Positions 1 to 9,738 are shown, counted from the first letter of the stretch. The stretch is DNA of 45,804 nt from Candidatus Sulfotelmatobacter sp. (GCA_049280795.1 JBAPQU010000326.1:1-45804), one strand, 5' to 3'. The notes: generated by a model not told the origin, from the sequence alone. Numbers and translations are program-made.

Positions 1-1
1 G

Positions 2-124
2 GTCGAAGGCTATGGGTCGCTGGCAAAGAATGCTCAGGATCCCAAAGTGATGAAAGCCGGGATCAAAAACATCCTGAACTGGCTGCAGTCTCTGCGCACG
101 CCGGGCAACCACAGGAGAGGATGA
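2..124 (+). CDS. 3' end of an upstream CDS (partial, product unknown)
   Basis: The frame is open from the window edge (..VEGYGSLAKNAQDPKVMKAGIKNILNWLQSLRTPGNHRRG) and ends at TGA 122-124. There is no start codon in the window. Confidence 0.3.
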   Translation, partial: VEGYGSLAKNAQDPKVMKAGIKNILNWLQSLRTPGNHRRG

Positions 125-298
125 CGCATCGTTGTGTAGGGCGGTTGAATATCCGTGCATACCAACCGGTTCGTATGTATGGCGCTCCGATTGCAAGAAC
201 AGCGAAGAGAGAGCCAACGGCAGAACCGGCGGAAAAGAAGGAATGGTCAGATCTGTCTCTCCGAAAGAGTTCAATTCGACGGAACCTCGAAAGGCGAA

Positions 299-1024
299 AT
301 GATGCACAGCCGAAAATTCGTTGTATTTGCTTCCCTGATCATTGCCGCGATGTTTGGCTTTTCATCGTCGCAGCGGATGCAGGCGCAAGACAAATCAGCG
401 CCGTCCACCATGTCCTCAATCGATCCATATCTGATGGAACGCGATGTCGAGATTGCGATGGCTCGCAGCGCGGCTCCGCCATCCGTTGCCAAAGACGCCA
501 CGGTTATGGTCCTCGGAAGGCATGGCTATGAAACTGCCGTGGAGGGGAAGAACGGTTTCGTATGCGCGGTGGGACGATCATGGGATTTACCGAAGAACAA
601 TCCCGCTTTTTGGGACCCAAAGATACACGGTCCGATCTGCCTGAGCGCTCCGGGCGCGCGATCTTTTCTTCCGATCTACTTCAAGAAGACCGAACTGGCG
701 ATTGCCGGACGTTCGAACGTTCAGATAGAGGCCGCCATAATAGACGGCATCTCCAAAGGTGAGTTGCCCACGCCCGAACCTGGTTCGATGTCCTACATGC
801 TGTCGAAGCAAGGGTATTTGAATGCCGGCATCAAGGGACCCTGGCTTCCCCACGTGATGTTTTTTGTCCCCGAAATCGACCCCAAATCGTTGGGATCCGA
901 CTTGGGGGATGACGTCCCGTTGGACGCGCACGAAGAAAAAATCGGCCGTTACACCACAATTGATGTTCCCGTAAGCAATTGGTCAGACGGAACACCATCG
1001 CCGCTCAACGGCGGTAGCCATTGA
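299..1024 (+). CDS. Secreted protein of unknown function (tandem paralog 1)
   Basis: ATG at 299 yields a Sec-type signal, MMHSRKFVVFASLIIAAMFGFSSSQRMQA. The part of the 155.. ORF upstream of it is Arg-rich and not protein-like. It shares the long block AAPPS.(A/S).DATVMVLG.HGYE.AVEGKNGFVC, and a later PICL motif, with the next gene. I recognise no family. Confidence 0.75.
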   Translation: MMHSRKFVVFASLIIAAMFGFSSSQRMQAQDKSAPSTMSSIDPYLMERDVEIAMARSAAPPSVAKDATVMVLGRHGYETAVEGKNGFVCAVGRSWDLPKNNPAFWDPKIHGPICLSAPGARSFLPIYFKKTELAIAGRSNVQIEAAIIDGISKGELPTPEPGSMSYMLSKQGYLNAGIKGPWLPHVMFFVPEIDPKSLGSDLGDDVPLDAHEEKIGRYTTIDVPVSNWSDGTPSPLNGGSH

Positions 1025-1089
1025 AGGGATGTGTGCCGCTGAGTCCAATCTCTAATCGTGCATCGGAAGGGCTTCAGGAGAAGAACCAC

Positions 1090-1821
1090 ATGAAACGAGA
1101 GACAATCAAGATGATCGCATTGGCGTTATTTGCGCTGGGCGCGGCCCAGCCAGGACGCGCAGCAGACGCCAAAACTCCGTATCCCAGCATGGCCCCGCTT
1201 GACCAGTACCTGATAGCGGATCAAAACGCTGAGATTGCTCTGGCACGCACCGCGGCTCCGCCGTCCATCTCCCGCGACGCCACGGTTATGGTCCTGGGGC
1301 CGCACGGTTACGAAAACGCGGTCGAAGGCAAGAATGGCTTTGTCTGTATCGTAGAACGCGCATGGATGAGCACATTCGACAGTCCCGAGTTTTGGAACCC
1401 TAAAAATCGCAGTCCGATTTGTCTAAATCCGCCCGCCGCTCGAACCGTGCTGCCGATCACTTTGATGAGGACAAAACTGGTGTTGGCTGGAAAATCGAAA
1501 GAAGAGATCAAAGAGAGTGTCAGGGCCGCGATTGAGAAAAAGGAACTGCCGGAGCTCGAAGCTGGCGCGATGAGCTACATGATGTCCAAGGAAGCGTACC
1601 TGACTGATAAGGGCAGCCACAACATGGCCCATCTTATGTTCTATACGCCGCTCGGTACGGTATGGGGAGCAAATGTTGTGGACTCCTCAAATGGCCTGTC
1701 CGAACCGTTCCCGGGATCGCCGCTCTTGCTGGCTCCCTCGTACAGAGGCAACCCGGAACCGATCAATATGTTCCTGATGGGCACCGGCGTGTGGTCGGAT
1801 GGAACGACGGCTCCAATGTAG
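1090..1821 (+). CDS. Secreted protein of unknown function (tandem paralog 2)
   Basis: ATG at 1090 is preceded by GGAGAAG. The signal is MKRETIKMIALALFALGAAQPGRAA. The same conserved blocks as in 299..1024 are present (ARTAAPPSISRDATVMVLGPHGYENAVEGKNGFVC, SPICLNPP, MSYMMSKEAYL). Confidence 0.8.
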   Translation: MKRETIKMIALALFALGAAQPGRAADAKTPYPSMAPLDQYLIADQNAEIALARTAAPPSISRDATVMVLGPHGYENAVEGKNGFVCIVERAWMSTFDSPEFWNPKNRSPICLNPPAARTVLPITLMRTKLVLAGKSKEEIKESVRAAIEKKELPELEAGAMSYMMSKEAYLTDKGSHNMAHLMFYTPLGTVWGANVVDSSNGLSEPFPGSPLLLAPSYRGNPEPINMFLMGTGVWSDGTTAPM

Positions 1822-1898
1822 GACGCAGCATGGAGAGAAATGCGGAATGTCTTGCGTTTTCTCCATCAGTTCGGTCAGGACTGGAGTGTGAGTGCGTG

Positions 1899-3215
1899 AT
1901 GAAACCTGAGTTCGTGAGGGCGGAAAGGGCAGTCTCGCAGTGCAGGTGGCTTCTGCTGGCCGCCTTGCTTGTGTTCCCGTCAATTGCGCTCGGACAAACG
2001 CAAGCGCCCGCAAAGACACAGCCGGCCACAATTCGACCGTTCAGAATGAATGTTCCCGACGACGTTCTCATTGATCTTCGACACCGCCTGGCCGAAACCA
2101 AATGGCCCGATCAACTTCCTGGCACGAGCTGGGAATACGGCGCCGACATCAAGAAGGTAAGAGAGCTGGCGGATTATTGGGAGAACCACTACGACTGGCG
2201 CGCGCAAGAAGCCAAGATCAACCGCTTTGACCAGTTCACGACAGAAATTGATGGACAGCAGATTTATTTTATCCATCAGCGCTCGCCCCGCCCCGACGCA
2301 ATACCCTTATTGTTAATTCACGGCTGGCCGGGTTCGATTGTTGAATTTCTCGCATTGATCGAGCCGCTCACCAATCCAAAGGATAGCAATAGCCCTGCAT
2401 TCGACGTCGTTATTCCTTCGCTTCCCGGCTTTGGGTTCTCCGGACCCACGACAACTCGCGGCTGGGGCGCACAGCGTATGGCGAAGGCCCTGGTCGTTTT
2501 GATGGATCGTTTGGGTTATTCCAGATACGGGATCCAGGGCGGCGACTGGGGTTCGTTAATAGCCCGTGACATGGCTTACCAGGCCCCGGCGCACGTGATC
2601 GGGCTTCACCTGAACCTTATTACCGCGGACCCACCGAACCCGGAAGCAGTCGCGCAAATGAGCGATGTGGAGCGCAAACGGTATTCGTACTTTGACCGCG
2701 AAGAGAGCAGTTTTTTTTTCCTCCAGGCCGCTGAACCGCAGACTCTTGCCTATGCCCTTACGGACTCCCCGGTTGGGTGGTTGGCGTGGATGATCGGTAA
2801 ATTTCAACTGCTTACGGACAACAACGGCGATTTTCTCACGGCGGTGGACCGCGACACATTTCTGACCGATGTCACTCTCTATTGGGTCACCGGTACGGTT
2901 GGCTCCTCTATGCGAATCTATCGTGAGCATCGGCTCACCGCAGAGGAAATTGTGCCGGCGCCACGCCTGGAGACTCCCGTGGCGTACGCGGATTTTCCGA
3001 AGGAGGTAGCTGTTCCTCCGTTTCGCTGGATTACTCAAACCTACAACGTAGTACAAAAAACTGAAATGCCGAAGGGCGGACACTTCGCAGCTCTGGAGCA
3101 GCCCCAGCTTTTAGTGCAGGACATTCGGACGTTCTTTGCAAAACTAAATGCAAGGGGCCAATCCGCAGCCACAGAACGTTCCAGCAGGCGTTCGTGCAGC
3201 GACTTTCCGAATTAG
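1899..3215 (+). CDS. Exported epoxide hydrolase (alpha/beta hydrolase with EH N-terminal domain)
   Basis: ATG at 1899 gives a hydrophobic signal (WLLLAALLVFPSIALGQ). This is followed by the epoxide hydrolase N-terminal pattern IRPFRMNVPDDVLIDLRHRLAETKWPDQ and the oxyanion motif LLIHGWPGS. The nucleophile region is IQGGDWGS. ATG 1830 is an alternative start. Confidence 0.85.
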   Translation: MKPEFVRAERAVSQCRWLLLAALLVFPSIALGQTQAPAKTQPATIRPFRMNVPDDVLIDLRHRLAETKWPDQLPGTSWEYGADIKKVRELADYWENHYDWRAQEAKINRFDQFTTEIDGQQIYFIHQRSPRPDAIPLLLIHGWPGSIVEFLALIEPLTNPKDSNSPAFDVVIPSLPGFGFSGPTTTRGWGAQRMAKALVVLMDRLGYSRYGIQGGDWGSLIARDMAYQAPAHVIGLHLNLITADPPNPEAVAQMSDVERKRYSYFDREESSFFFLQAAEPQTLAYALTDSPVGWLAWMIGKFQLLTDNNGDFLTAVDRDTFLTDVTLYWVTGTVGSSMRIYREHRLTAEEIVPAPRLETPVAYADFPKEVAVPPFRWITQTYNVVQKTEMPKGGHFAALEQPQLLVQDIRTFFAKLNARGQSAATERSSRRSCSDFPN

Positions 3216-3232
3216 AAATCGGTTACACCACG

Positions 3233-3766
3233 ATGAACACTCTGAAGATAGGTCCAGCCGGACGGGCAGTCTCGATTCCAGAAAACCCTGGCGTTGACCG
3301 CGTAGCGCAGCGTTCGTGTGCACCCTTGCTCATAGCACGCGACGCGGGAGAACAAACGGCGAGATCGATGGAGACATCCCCAGGGCTGCAGGCGCTTGCG
3401 AAGCCACAGTCTCTCCGGGTGGCCATCAAAGTCAGAGGAAGGATTCTCTTTATCAATCTGGACGACGTGGTCGCCGTTCAGGCTGAAGGCAAATGCGTGT
3501 TGCTCCAGCAGAAGGCGAGGACCCATCTGCTACGTGAGTCTATTTCGGTGGTGGCAGAAAGGCTCGAAACCCATGGATTCATCCGCATCCACCGATCAGT
3601 GCTCGTGAACACCTCGTTTGTGGAAGAAGTCAGGCCGCTTTCCACGGGAGAATACTGCCTTCGAGTCGAGGGCGGAAAGGAATACACGGTCACCCGTACT
3701 TACAAGAAAAATCTCCATTCGCTCGCGGAATTCTGGATCGGCACGGGCGCGTTTTTCCCCGGTTAA
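3233..3766 (+). CDS. Stand-alone LytTR DNA-binding domain protein
   Basis: The C-terminal ~105 aa match the LytTR pattern (IKVRGRILFINLDDVVAVQAEGKCVLL...FIRIHRSVLVNTSFVEEV...YTVTRTYKKNL). There is no receiver domain. The start is uncertain among 3194, 3233 and 3368. Confidence 0.75.
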   Translation: MNTLKIGPAGRAVSIPENPGVDRVAQRSCAPLLIARDAGEQTARSMETSPGLQALAKPQSLRVAIKVRGRILFINLDDVVAVQAEGKCVLLQQKARTHLLRESISVVAERLETHGFIRIHRSVLVNTSFVEEVRPLSTGEYCLRVEGGKEYTVTRTYKKNLHSLAEFWIGTGAFFPG

Positions 3767-3896
3767 ACCCGATTCACCGTATCCCTAACCGTGGGATGGA
3801 ACCGGGAAAGAAAGCGATCACGTTCCTCCAACCACAACACCCGGCAAGAAGACTTCTGCCGCAATCCCCCGGCACATCCCCGCAGGTGCTGGCTTC

Positions 3897-6800
3897 TCAA
3901 AAGACCAACTTCAGTGCGAATTGAATCAAACGCGGGTTATTGACGATCTGTGTAATTTGCCCAAAGCCAGGTGAGTCCGTGAACGTCCCGGGGAAGGCAA
4001 ATTGCGGATGATTGAAAATATTAAACACCTCGGTCCGGAAAACCAGCTCGGTGCCCTCATGAATTTTGAATGACTTGAAGAGCGACGCGTCGAAGTTGAC
4101 GAAGTCCGGACCATAAAGGGGAGTACGCGAAGCGTCCCCCAATACTCCGGGAGGGGGATCAACGAAGCAGCTTGTGTTGAAGAACTCCTGCACCGTTGCG
4201 TGACTCATCTTTCCGTTGCAAATCTGATCAGGGCGATTGCCAATTGCGGTACCGGAGTTGTTTACGCCAGTTGCCAGGCCGAGAGGAAACCCGGACGCGA
4301 TGTGTGAAATTACATTGACCTGCCACCTGCCGATTATGGCATCCGTGCCTTTGCTTACTCCCGACGCGAAGTGATTGCCCCTACCAAAAGGTAGCCGATA
4401 AAGCAGGCTGGTGGAAAAATTATGCGTTTGATCGGTAATGTTCAGGCCCTTATCCGTATAGCCGCCGGGGTTTAGCGCATAGGTATTGGGGGCGGGGTTA
4501 AGGGGATAGTACGGGACGCCCACTAAGGAGCCCAAATCGTCGTTCAAACCATTGTCGAAACCCTTGCTGTAGGTATAAGCCACCAATAGGTAGAGCCCAT
4601 TCTGATAGGATTTCTCCGCTTTGAATTGTAGAGAATCGTATCGAGAAAGTCCTCTGTCGATCAGGCCAATAACGTCATAAAACTGAGGATAGGGCCGCAG
4701 GTTCGAGGGATCAATTTGCAGGTTTGGAGGCGCGGTATTAAGGTTCCAGTTCTCTGTTTGAAGGTGACTTCCGCGCGAGCCCACATACGCGACAGTTAAC
4801 ACCGTTCCGGCCGGAAGCTGCCGTTGCAGATCGAGGTTATATTGCTGCACCATCCCCGGCCTGAAATTAGTATTTTGGCTGTATACGTTGCCGCTCAGGG
4901 TATTGATGGTCGGCCGAACCGGTACCGGGAACCCTTGTGACAGCGTGGTCGCAGGGGTAATGTCGTCCGTCTGAAAAGAGTATGTACTATAAAATGGCGG
5001 ATTCAAGTCGAGACCTTCAGCACCCAGGTTCCAACCCGCGTCATGAAGAACGGCATAACCGGCACGGATCGCATTCTTGGTGGAAAAAGGGCTGTAGCTT
5101 ATCCCGATCCTGGGTTCAAAACCGCCATAGTAGGGGCTGATTCCGGCGCCCTTGCCCGAGTTTACACCGGCAACCAGAAGCTGGCCTGTCGCGAAATCAA
5201 AGTTCGAATAGCGATTCTGTGCTTCCACCGTCGGCGTCGTATAGTTCCACGCCATGCCAAGTTGGACCGTCAGGTTCTGCTTTACCCTCCAGTTATCCTG
5301 GAAATATGGTCTGAATTCCTTCCATCGCCTGCCGGAAACAGCGCCCGAGAACGCGTTGTCATGCTCGCCGCCGGCTGGAATACCCAACAGAAAACTCGCA
5401 ATTGGATTTCCCGTGGATGAGTTCAGCGAGCCATTGGAAAAACCGGCCGTAAACAGGTTGTCGAATGACAGCTCTCCCATCGGAAAAGCGTCGCCCAACT
5501 CATTCAACTGGTAAAATCGCGTTCCCAAGCCGATCGAGAATGAATGGGCTCCGTGGACCCATTCGAAGTCGTCGGAATAATGGAAGACATTTGTGCCATC
5601 CTGAATGGGCGAGAATCCTCGATCTCCCAGGCCCCAGTAGCCTTCATTGAATTGAACGTTGAGAAAACCGCTGCTGAAGTATGTGCCGAGGTTGGCGTTC
5701 GGAATACCGAGCTGCTGGCTCCAGTTCGTGCCATCACCGTAAGAAATGATGTGATCGAATATTCGGTTATATCCCGCCGTAAATTGGTTGATCTTATTGC
5801 CCGAGAATATATGAGTTTCGGACAAAGCCAGGTTGCGTCCGTTATCGGCAAGATTCTGATTGCTGGAGTAGCCGCCCGGCTGGCTTCCGAAGGCAGGCAG
5901 CCCGGATGGAACATAGACCGACGCTTGGTCTCTACTGAAGCGGGCAAAGATCTTGTCGGAAGCCGAAAATGTATGGTCGATGCGAAAGTCAAATTCGTTG
6001 TCGCTGTACTTCTGGCGCGGAACGTCGACATAGTTGGCCGATAACAATCCGGCAACATTCGGCAGAGGCAGATAATTCAGTATTTTCAATGCAATGGAGT
6101 TCAGGTCGTTCCCAGGAATAATATTTCCGGGGAATTGTGTCCGCGTCTGTTGACCTGGGGCGCCTGTCGTAGTGGATGGATCGTAGATGGGAACCTCCGG
6201 GGCGCCGGGAAAAGATTCCGTGAAATTACCCGCACGCTCCAGAGCCGTTGGAACCTGCGTCAAGGACGGAATTCCTTGTATGTTTCTGGTTCCTTGATAA
6301 TCGAAAAAGAAGAACGTCTTGTCTTTGACAATGGGGCCGCCCAGCGAGCCGCCAAATTGATTCCGTATGTATTCTGGATTAATCGGAGAAAAATAACTTG
6401 ACGCATTCAATGCCGTATTGCGAAGAAAATCGAATAGAGTGCCATGAAACTTATTGGTTCCGGATTTCGATATTAGAAGCACAGTGGGGCCGGCGCGCAC
6501 GCCGTACTCCACCGAATAATTTGAGGTAAGAACATTGAACTCTTGCAGAGCATCGATCGAGGGTACTACTGCAATACCACCGGATGTCAGTTCTTCATTG
6601 TCGACGCCATCAAAAAGCCAATCGGTTCGGTTCTCCCGCGAGCCGCCCACCGACAACGAGAAAGTACCGCGTATCGAGGTCTCGCTGCTGGAACCGCCCC
6701 CGAAAAAATCTCCTGGCTGGTCCCCCTGGGAAACACCGGGTGCGAGTGTAGCAAGCTCCACAAAATTGCGGCCATTCAAAGGCAGGTCAGCGACCTGCTC

Positions 6801-7220
6801 CGAGTGAATCACCTGATTGAGTGTCGGATTGGTGGTTTCTACCGCAACCGGATTAGCCTCTACCGTGACTTGTGACCCTACGGTAGCCGGAGCCAGCGTG
6901 AAATCAATCTCAGGACTGCCCTGAGATTCAAGTCTGATGCCGGTCCTTTCGGCTCCCTGAAACGTGGGCGCCGTTACTTTGACGGTATAGTCCCCCAGCG
7001 GCAAGACGTTGGCAACGAAACGCCCGGCGGAATCGGTGGTAAGTACTCGCGAAGTGTTGGTCCCCGTTTCGGTAATCGTGACCACAGCTCCGACGATTGT
7101 TCCTCCGGAGCTGTCCGCTACGTTACCGACAATGGATCCTGTCGACTGGGCATGGACTAAGCAGGGAAGCAAAATGGAACTCAAGAACAGGACTGCCACA
7201 CCCAGATATGAACGTCGCAC
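3897..7220 (-). CDS. TonB-dependent outer-membrane receptor with N-terminal CarboxypepD_reg domain
   Basis: The protein is 1107 aa with a GTG start at 7220 preceded by AGGGGG. The signal is AVLFLSSILLPCLVHAQ. The CarboxypepD_reg-like segment is GSIVGNVADSSGG.IVGAVVTITETGTN...GDYTVKV. A plug and long beta-barrel follow, ending in a terminal aromatic residue (..LKLVF). Confidence 0.9.
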   Translation of the reverse strand: MRRSYLGVAVLFLSSILLPCLVHAQSTGSIVGNVADSSGGTIVGAVVTITETGTNTSRVLTTDSAGRFVANVLPLGDYTVKVTAPTFQGAERTGIRLESQGSPEIDFTLAPATVGSQVTVEANPVAVETTNPTLNQVIHSEQVADLPLNGRNFVELATLAPGVSQGDQPGDFFGGGSSSETSIRGTFSLSVGGSRENRTDWLFDGVDNEELTSGGIAVVPSIDALQEFNVLTSNYSVEYGVRAGPTVLLISKSGTNKFHGTLFDFLRNTALNASSYFSPINPEYIRNQFGGSLGGPIVKDKTFFFFDYQGTRNIQGIPSLTQVPTALERAGNFTESFPGAPEVPIYDPSTTTGAPGQQTRTQFPGNIIPGNDLNSIALKILNYLPLPNVAGLLSANYVDVPRQKYSDNEFDFRIDHTFSASDKIFARFSRDQASVYVPSGLPAFGSQPGGYSSNQNLADNGRNLALSETHIFSGNKINQFTAGYNRIFDHIISYGDGTNWSQQLGIPNANLGTYFSSGFLNVQFNEGYWGLGDRGFSPIQDGTNVFHYSDDFEWVHGAHSFSIGLGTRFYQLNELGDAFPMGELSFDNLFTAGFSNGSLNSSTGNPIASFLLGIPAGGEHDNAFSGAVSGRRWKEFRPYFQDNWRVKQNLTVQLGMAWNYTTPTVEAQNRYSNFDFATGQLLVAGVNSGKGAGISPYYGGFEPRIGISYSPFSTKNAIRAGYAVLHDAGWNLGAEGLDLNPPFYSTYSFQTDDITPATTLSQGFPVPVRPTINTLSGNVYSQNTNFRPGMVQQYNLDLQRQLPAGTVLTVAYVGSRGSHLQTENWNLNTAPPNLQIDPSNLRPYPQFYDVIGLIDRGLSRYDSLQFKAEKSYQNGLYLLVAYTYSKGFDNGLNDDLGSLVGVPYYPLNPAPNTYALNPGGYTDKGLNITDQTHNFSTSLLYRLPFGRGNHFASGVSKGTDAIIGRWQVNVISHIASGFPLGLATGVNNSGTAIGNRPDQICNGKMSHATVQEFFNTSCFVDPPPGVLGDASRTPLYGPDFVNFDASLFKSFKIHEGTELVFRTEVFNIFNHPQFAFPGTFTDSPGFGQITQIVNNPRLIQFALKLVF

Positions 7221-7232
7221 GAGCGCCCCCTA

Positions 7233-7250
7233 TTTTGAAAGCATTCAAAA
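7233..7250. promoter_or_regulatory. Candidate LacI-family operator upstream of the TonB receptor gene
   Basis: Perfect inverted repeat TTTTGAA-AGCA-TTCAAAA with core TGAAAGCATTCA at 7236-7247. It lies 13-30 nt upstream of the receptor start and shares TGAA-N4-TTCA with the sites at 9739 and 13198. Confidence 0.4.
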
Positions 7251-7412
7251 TGTAGCCGACTGGATTTGTACGCCTCTACGAATATCGTTGTCAACCAAAA
7301 ATTCGCTGCGTTCGCTTCACCGGCGGATCCGGGAAGACTCAAAACCCGCCAGCGGCGCGCCTCTGGCGATTGCGCTATCTCGCGCAGTTCATCGAATCGC
7401 CGTGGCAACCCA

Positions 7413-8543
7413 TCACTTGTTTTCGCCACTTCCCGCATGAACCATCTGCGGATCATGGGCGTTGGGTGTGGGCGCCGACATCATCTGGACAAACATCTTT
7501 TGAAACTTCGGCCAATCTACGTCCATCTGGACATGCGCTTTCTGTAAATGAATTGCCGGCTTATCATGATCCGTCCAAACCAGCGTATCGCCGTAACTGA
7601 TACCTCGCTCCACGCTGACATCCATGTACACATACCGTTCGCGTGTAATTAGGCTCGGATCTAGCCATGCGGCTGCAGCCAATTCGTCCCAAAGATATTC
7701 TCCCGGCTTATGCGTATAGCGTGCAATGTATTGTGCTGCCGGCTCGTGAGACTTGCCGATCTCGCTCAACATTTCGGCAGTGAGATGGGTTTCGATGGAA
7801 ACGTCTACCGTGGTCACGCTGATCTTGGGCCATGGAGCATGCAGCGTGATGCTGGAGGCTTCCGGATCGAACCACAGATTGAATTCATGCCGGGGGCTGT
7901 CCAGATACTCGGGATCGTCCGTGTGGGGATTGAGGCTGCCGCCCATGATGACTAACTCCTGCGACAGCGAAGCAAATTCCGGATCGCAAATGATCGCGGC
8001 CGCGACGTTGGTCATCGGGCCCGCCGCATAGATCGTAACCTGATGCGGATATTTATGAACCATGCGAATCATAAAATGCGCCGCATCCTCAGTTGCAGCT
8101 TTGGTGGTCGGATTTCCTTCCTCCAGCTTCGGCACTTCGTCCGGATTATGCGACGACCGGGGCATTGTCCAGGCGCCTTGATAAAGGACTTTGCCGTACA
8201 TCTGTTCCCAAAGATTGGTCCACTCTTTCGTGCGAATCATCGGCCTGTCGAGGCCCGGCACCACCGGTACATCCGTGCGCCCCACCAGCTCCAGCAACCG
8301 CAACGTGTGCGCGACTTCCTCGTTGCGCCATCCATCTCCTGTTACAACCGTTATCCCCAACACATCTACGTTGGGCGATTGTAGAAAAACCAGCATCGAG
8401 TTCATATCCGTCCCGGCGGGTCCAACCGCATCCTGATCAATTACGACATAGCGCTTATTCTGCGCGTGCGCGAAAGTTGTAACCAGCGAAAAGACGGCGC
8501 ACAGCAAAACCACAGGTGTCATTTTGAAGAGTCTCGCGTTCAT
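7413..8543 (-). CDS. Exported nucleoside hydrolase family protein (divergent Asp cluster)
   Basis: Sec signal MNARLFKMTPVVLLCAVFSLVTTFAHA, with RBS AGGGGGA upstream. The IU-nucleoside-hydrolase fold pattern is present (VVIDQDAVGPAGTDMNSMLVFLQSPNVDVLGITVVTGDG...IYAAGPMTNVAAAI...IMGGS). The canonical DxDxxxDD motif is interrupted. Confidence 0.8.
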   Translation of the reverse strand: MNARLFKMTPVVLLCAVFSLVTTFAHAQNKRYVVIDQDAVGPAGTDMNSMLVFLQSPNVDVLGITVVTGDGWRNEEVAHTLRLLELVGRTDVPVVPGLDRPMIRTKEWTNLWEQMYGKVLYQGAWTMPRSSHNPDEVPKLEEGNPTTKAATEDAAHFMIRMVHKYPHQVTIYAAGPMTNVAAAIICDPEFASLSQELVIMGGSLNPHTDDPEYLDSPRHEFNLWFDPEASSITLHAPWPKISVTTVDVSIETHLTAEMLSEIGKSHEPAAQYIARYTHKPGEYLWDELAAAAWLDPSLITRERYVYMDVSVERGISYGDTLVWTDHDKPAIHLQKAHVQMDVDWPKFQKMFVQMMSAPTPNAHDPQMVHAGSGENK

Positions 8544-8573
8544 GAATCCCCCTTGGTCGTCGGCAGAAGCAAT

Positions 8574-9677
8574 TTACATCCCGGCCGTCGTCAGCCGGGA
8601 AATGAGAAGCTCGAAAAACTTTTCAGAATCGACTCCAGTTGCTACTTTGGCATTCGCCCGAAAGGGGAGATCGCCCACACTTCCCATGGCGCCGGTCGTT
8701 TGCATCGGTGCTGAATAACGCACGGGAGCATGCTTCCAACCTAAACTTTCGCCGGCCGTGATGTTTCCGGTTGTTTCAATCTCGATTTGGTAATCCTCGA
8801 AGGTGAGGATATCGGGGCGTATTAACGAACTCACCGCCAGGGGATCGTGCAGATTCGGCCCCCTCGCCGAATCTGCCCCTCGATGCATCTTCATCACAGC
8901 TTCGGCAATGCGGGCGGCTGCTTCACTCACTCGTCCCTTACCGGCTCGAAGCTCCGCAACATGCCGCTCCGTGAGTTCCACTTTTCTCGTCACATCGAGC
9001 CCTACCATCCGAATGGGAATCCCAGAACCAAAAACAATGCTGGCCGCCTCCGGGTCCACGTAAAAATTAAACTCCGCCGCGGGCGTTACATTTCCGCCGG
9101 AAAGCGATCCTCCCATCAGGACGATACTGCTGACCATGGAAGCAATCTCTGGATCCTGCCGCAAAGCCAGAGCTATATTCGTTAGCGGTCCAATCCCTAC
9201 GATGCAGATCTTGTTTGCATTTTCCCGCACGAGTCTGCAAATCAAGTCGGAAGCCGGCTCTTTGACCGGCTCAAGCCTTGGCGCGGGAAACTCGACGCCG
9301 GCGAGTCCGTTGTTTCCATGGGCGTACGATGCGGTCACCAGCTTCCGAACAAGTGGCGATGAGGCCCCTCCGGCTACGGGAATATCTGGGTGATCCGCGA
9401 TCTCCACTAACCTCAGAGCGTTCGGCAAGGTCACATCGAGAGGCACATTGCCGGCCACTGCCGTAACGGCCAATACCTTCAATTCGCTTGAGCGCATCGC
9501 CAGCAGCAGCGCAAACGCATCGTCCACACCCGGGTCCGTATCGATTATGACCGCCTGCGTGCCCGCGCCGGCTGTCCGCGTTTGAGATATGCCAAGCATC
9601 GCGCGGGGACTCGCGATGATCCCGCTCGCGAGAACACCGCCGGACATTCGAAGGAACTCTCGGCGATCGGATTTCAT
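8574..9677 (-). CDS. TAT-exported inosine-uridine-preferring-type nucleoside hydrolase
   Basis: ATG at 9677 is preceded by GGAGGG; the longer ORF begins at 9689. The twin-arginine signal is KSDRREFLRMSGGVLASGIIASP. The canonical motif is VIIDTDPGVDDAFALLLA, followed by VAGNV, IGPLTNIALAL and LMGGS. It lies 30 nt upstream of the next hydrolase gene. Confidence 0.9.
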   Translation of the reverse strand: MKSDRREFLRMSGGVLASGIIASPRAMLGISQTRTAGAGTQAVIIDTDPGVDDAFALLLAMRSSELKVLAVTAVAGNVPLDVTLPNALRLVEIADHPDIPVAGGASSPLVRKLVTASYAHGNNGLAGVEFPAPRLEPVKEPASDLICRLVRENANKICIVGIGPLTNIALALRQDPEIASMVSSIVLMGGSLSGGNVTPAAEFNFYVDPEAASIVFGSGIPIRMVGLDVTRKVELTERHVAELRAGKGRVSEAAARIAEAVMKMHRGADSARGPNLHDPLAVSSLIRPDILTFEDYQIEIETTGNITAGESLGWKHAPVRYSAPMQTTGAMGSVGDLPFRANAKVATGVDSEKFFELLISRLTTAGM

Positions 9678-9738
9678 TTGTCCCTCCATCCGATTCTTTG
9701 TGGATTTTGCCCGCAGCCCACTCGTTCACACCTGTGTT

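Noticed and set aside
121-531. ORFs 121-531 and the 155-298 extension of the first secreted-protein gene.
   Set aside because: The text is Arg/Lys-rich and non-protein-like. A clean signal peptide starts at ATG 299, and the paralogous gene supports that boundary.
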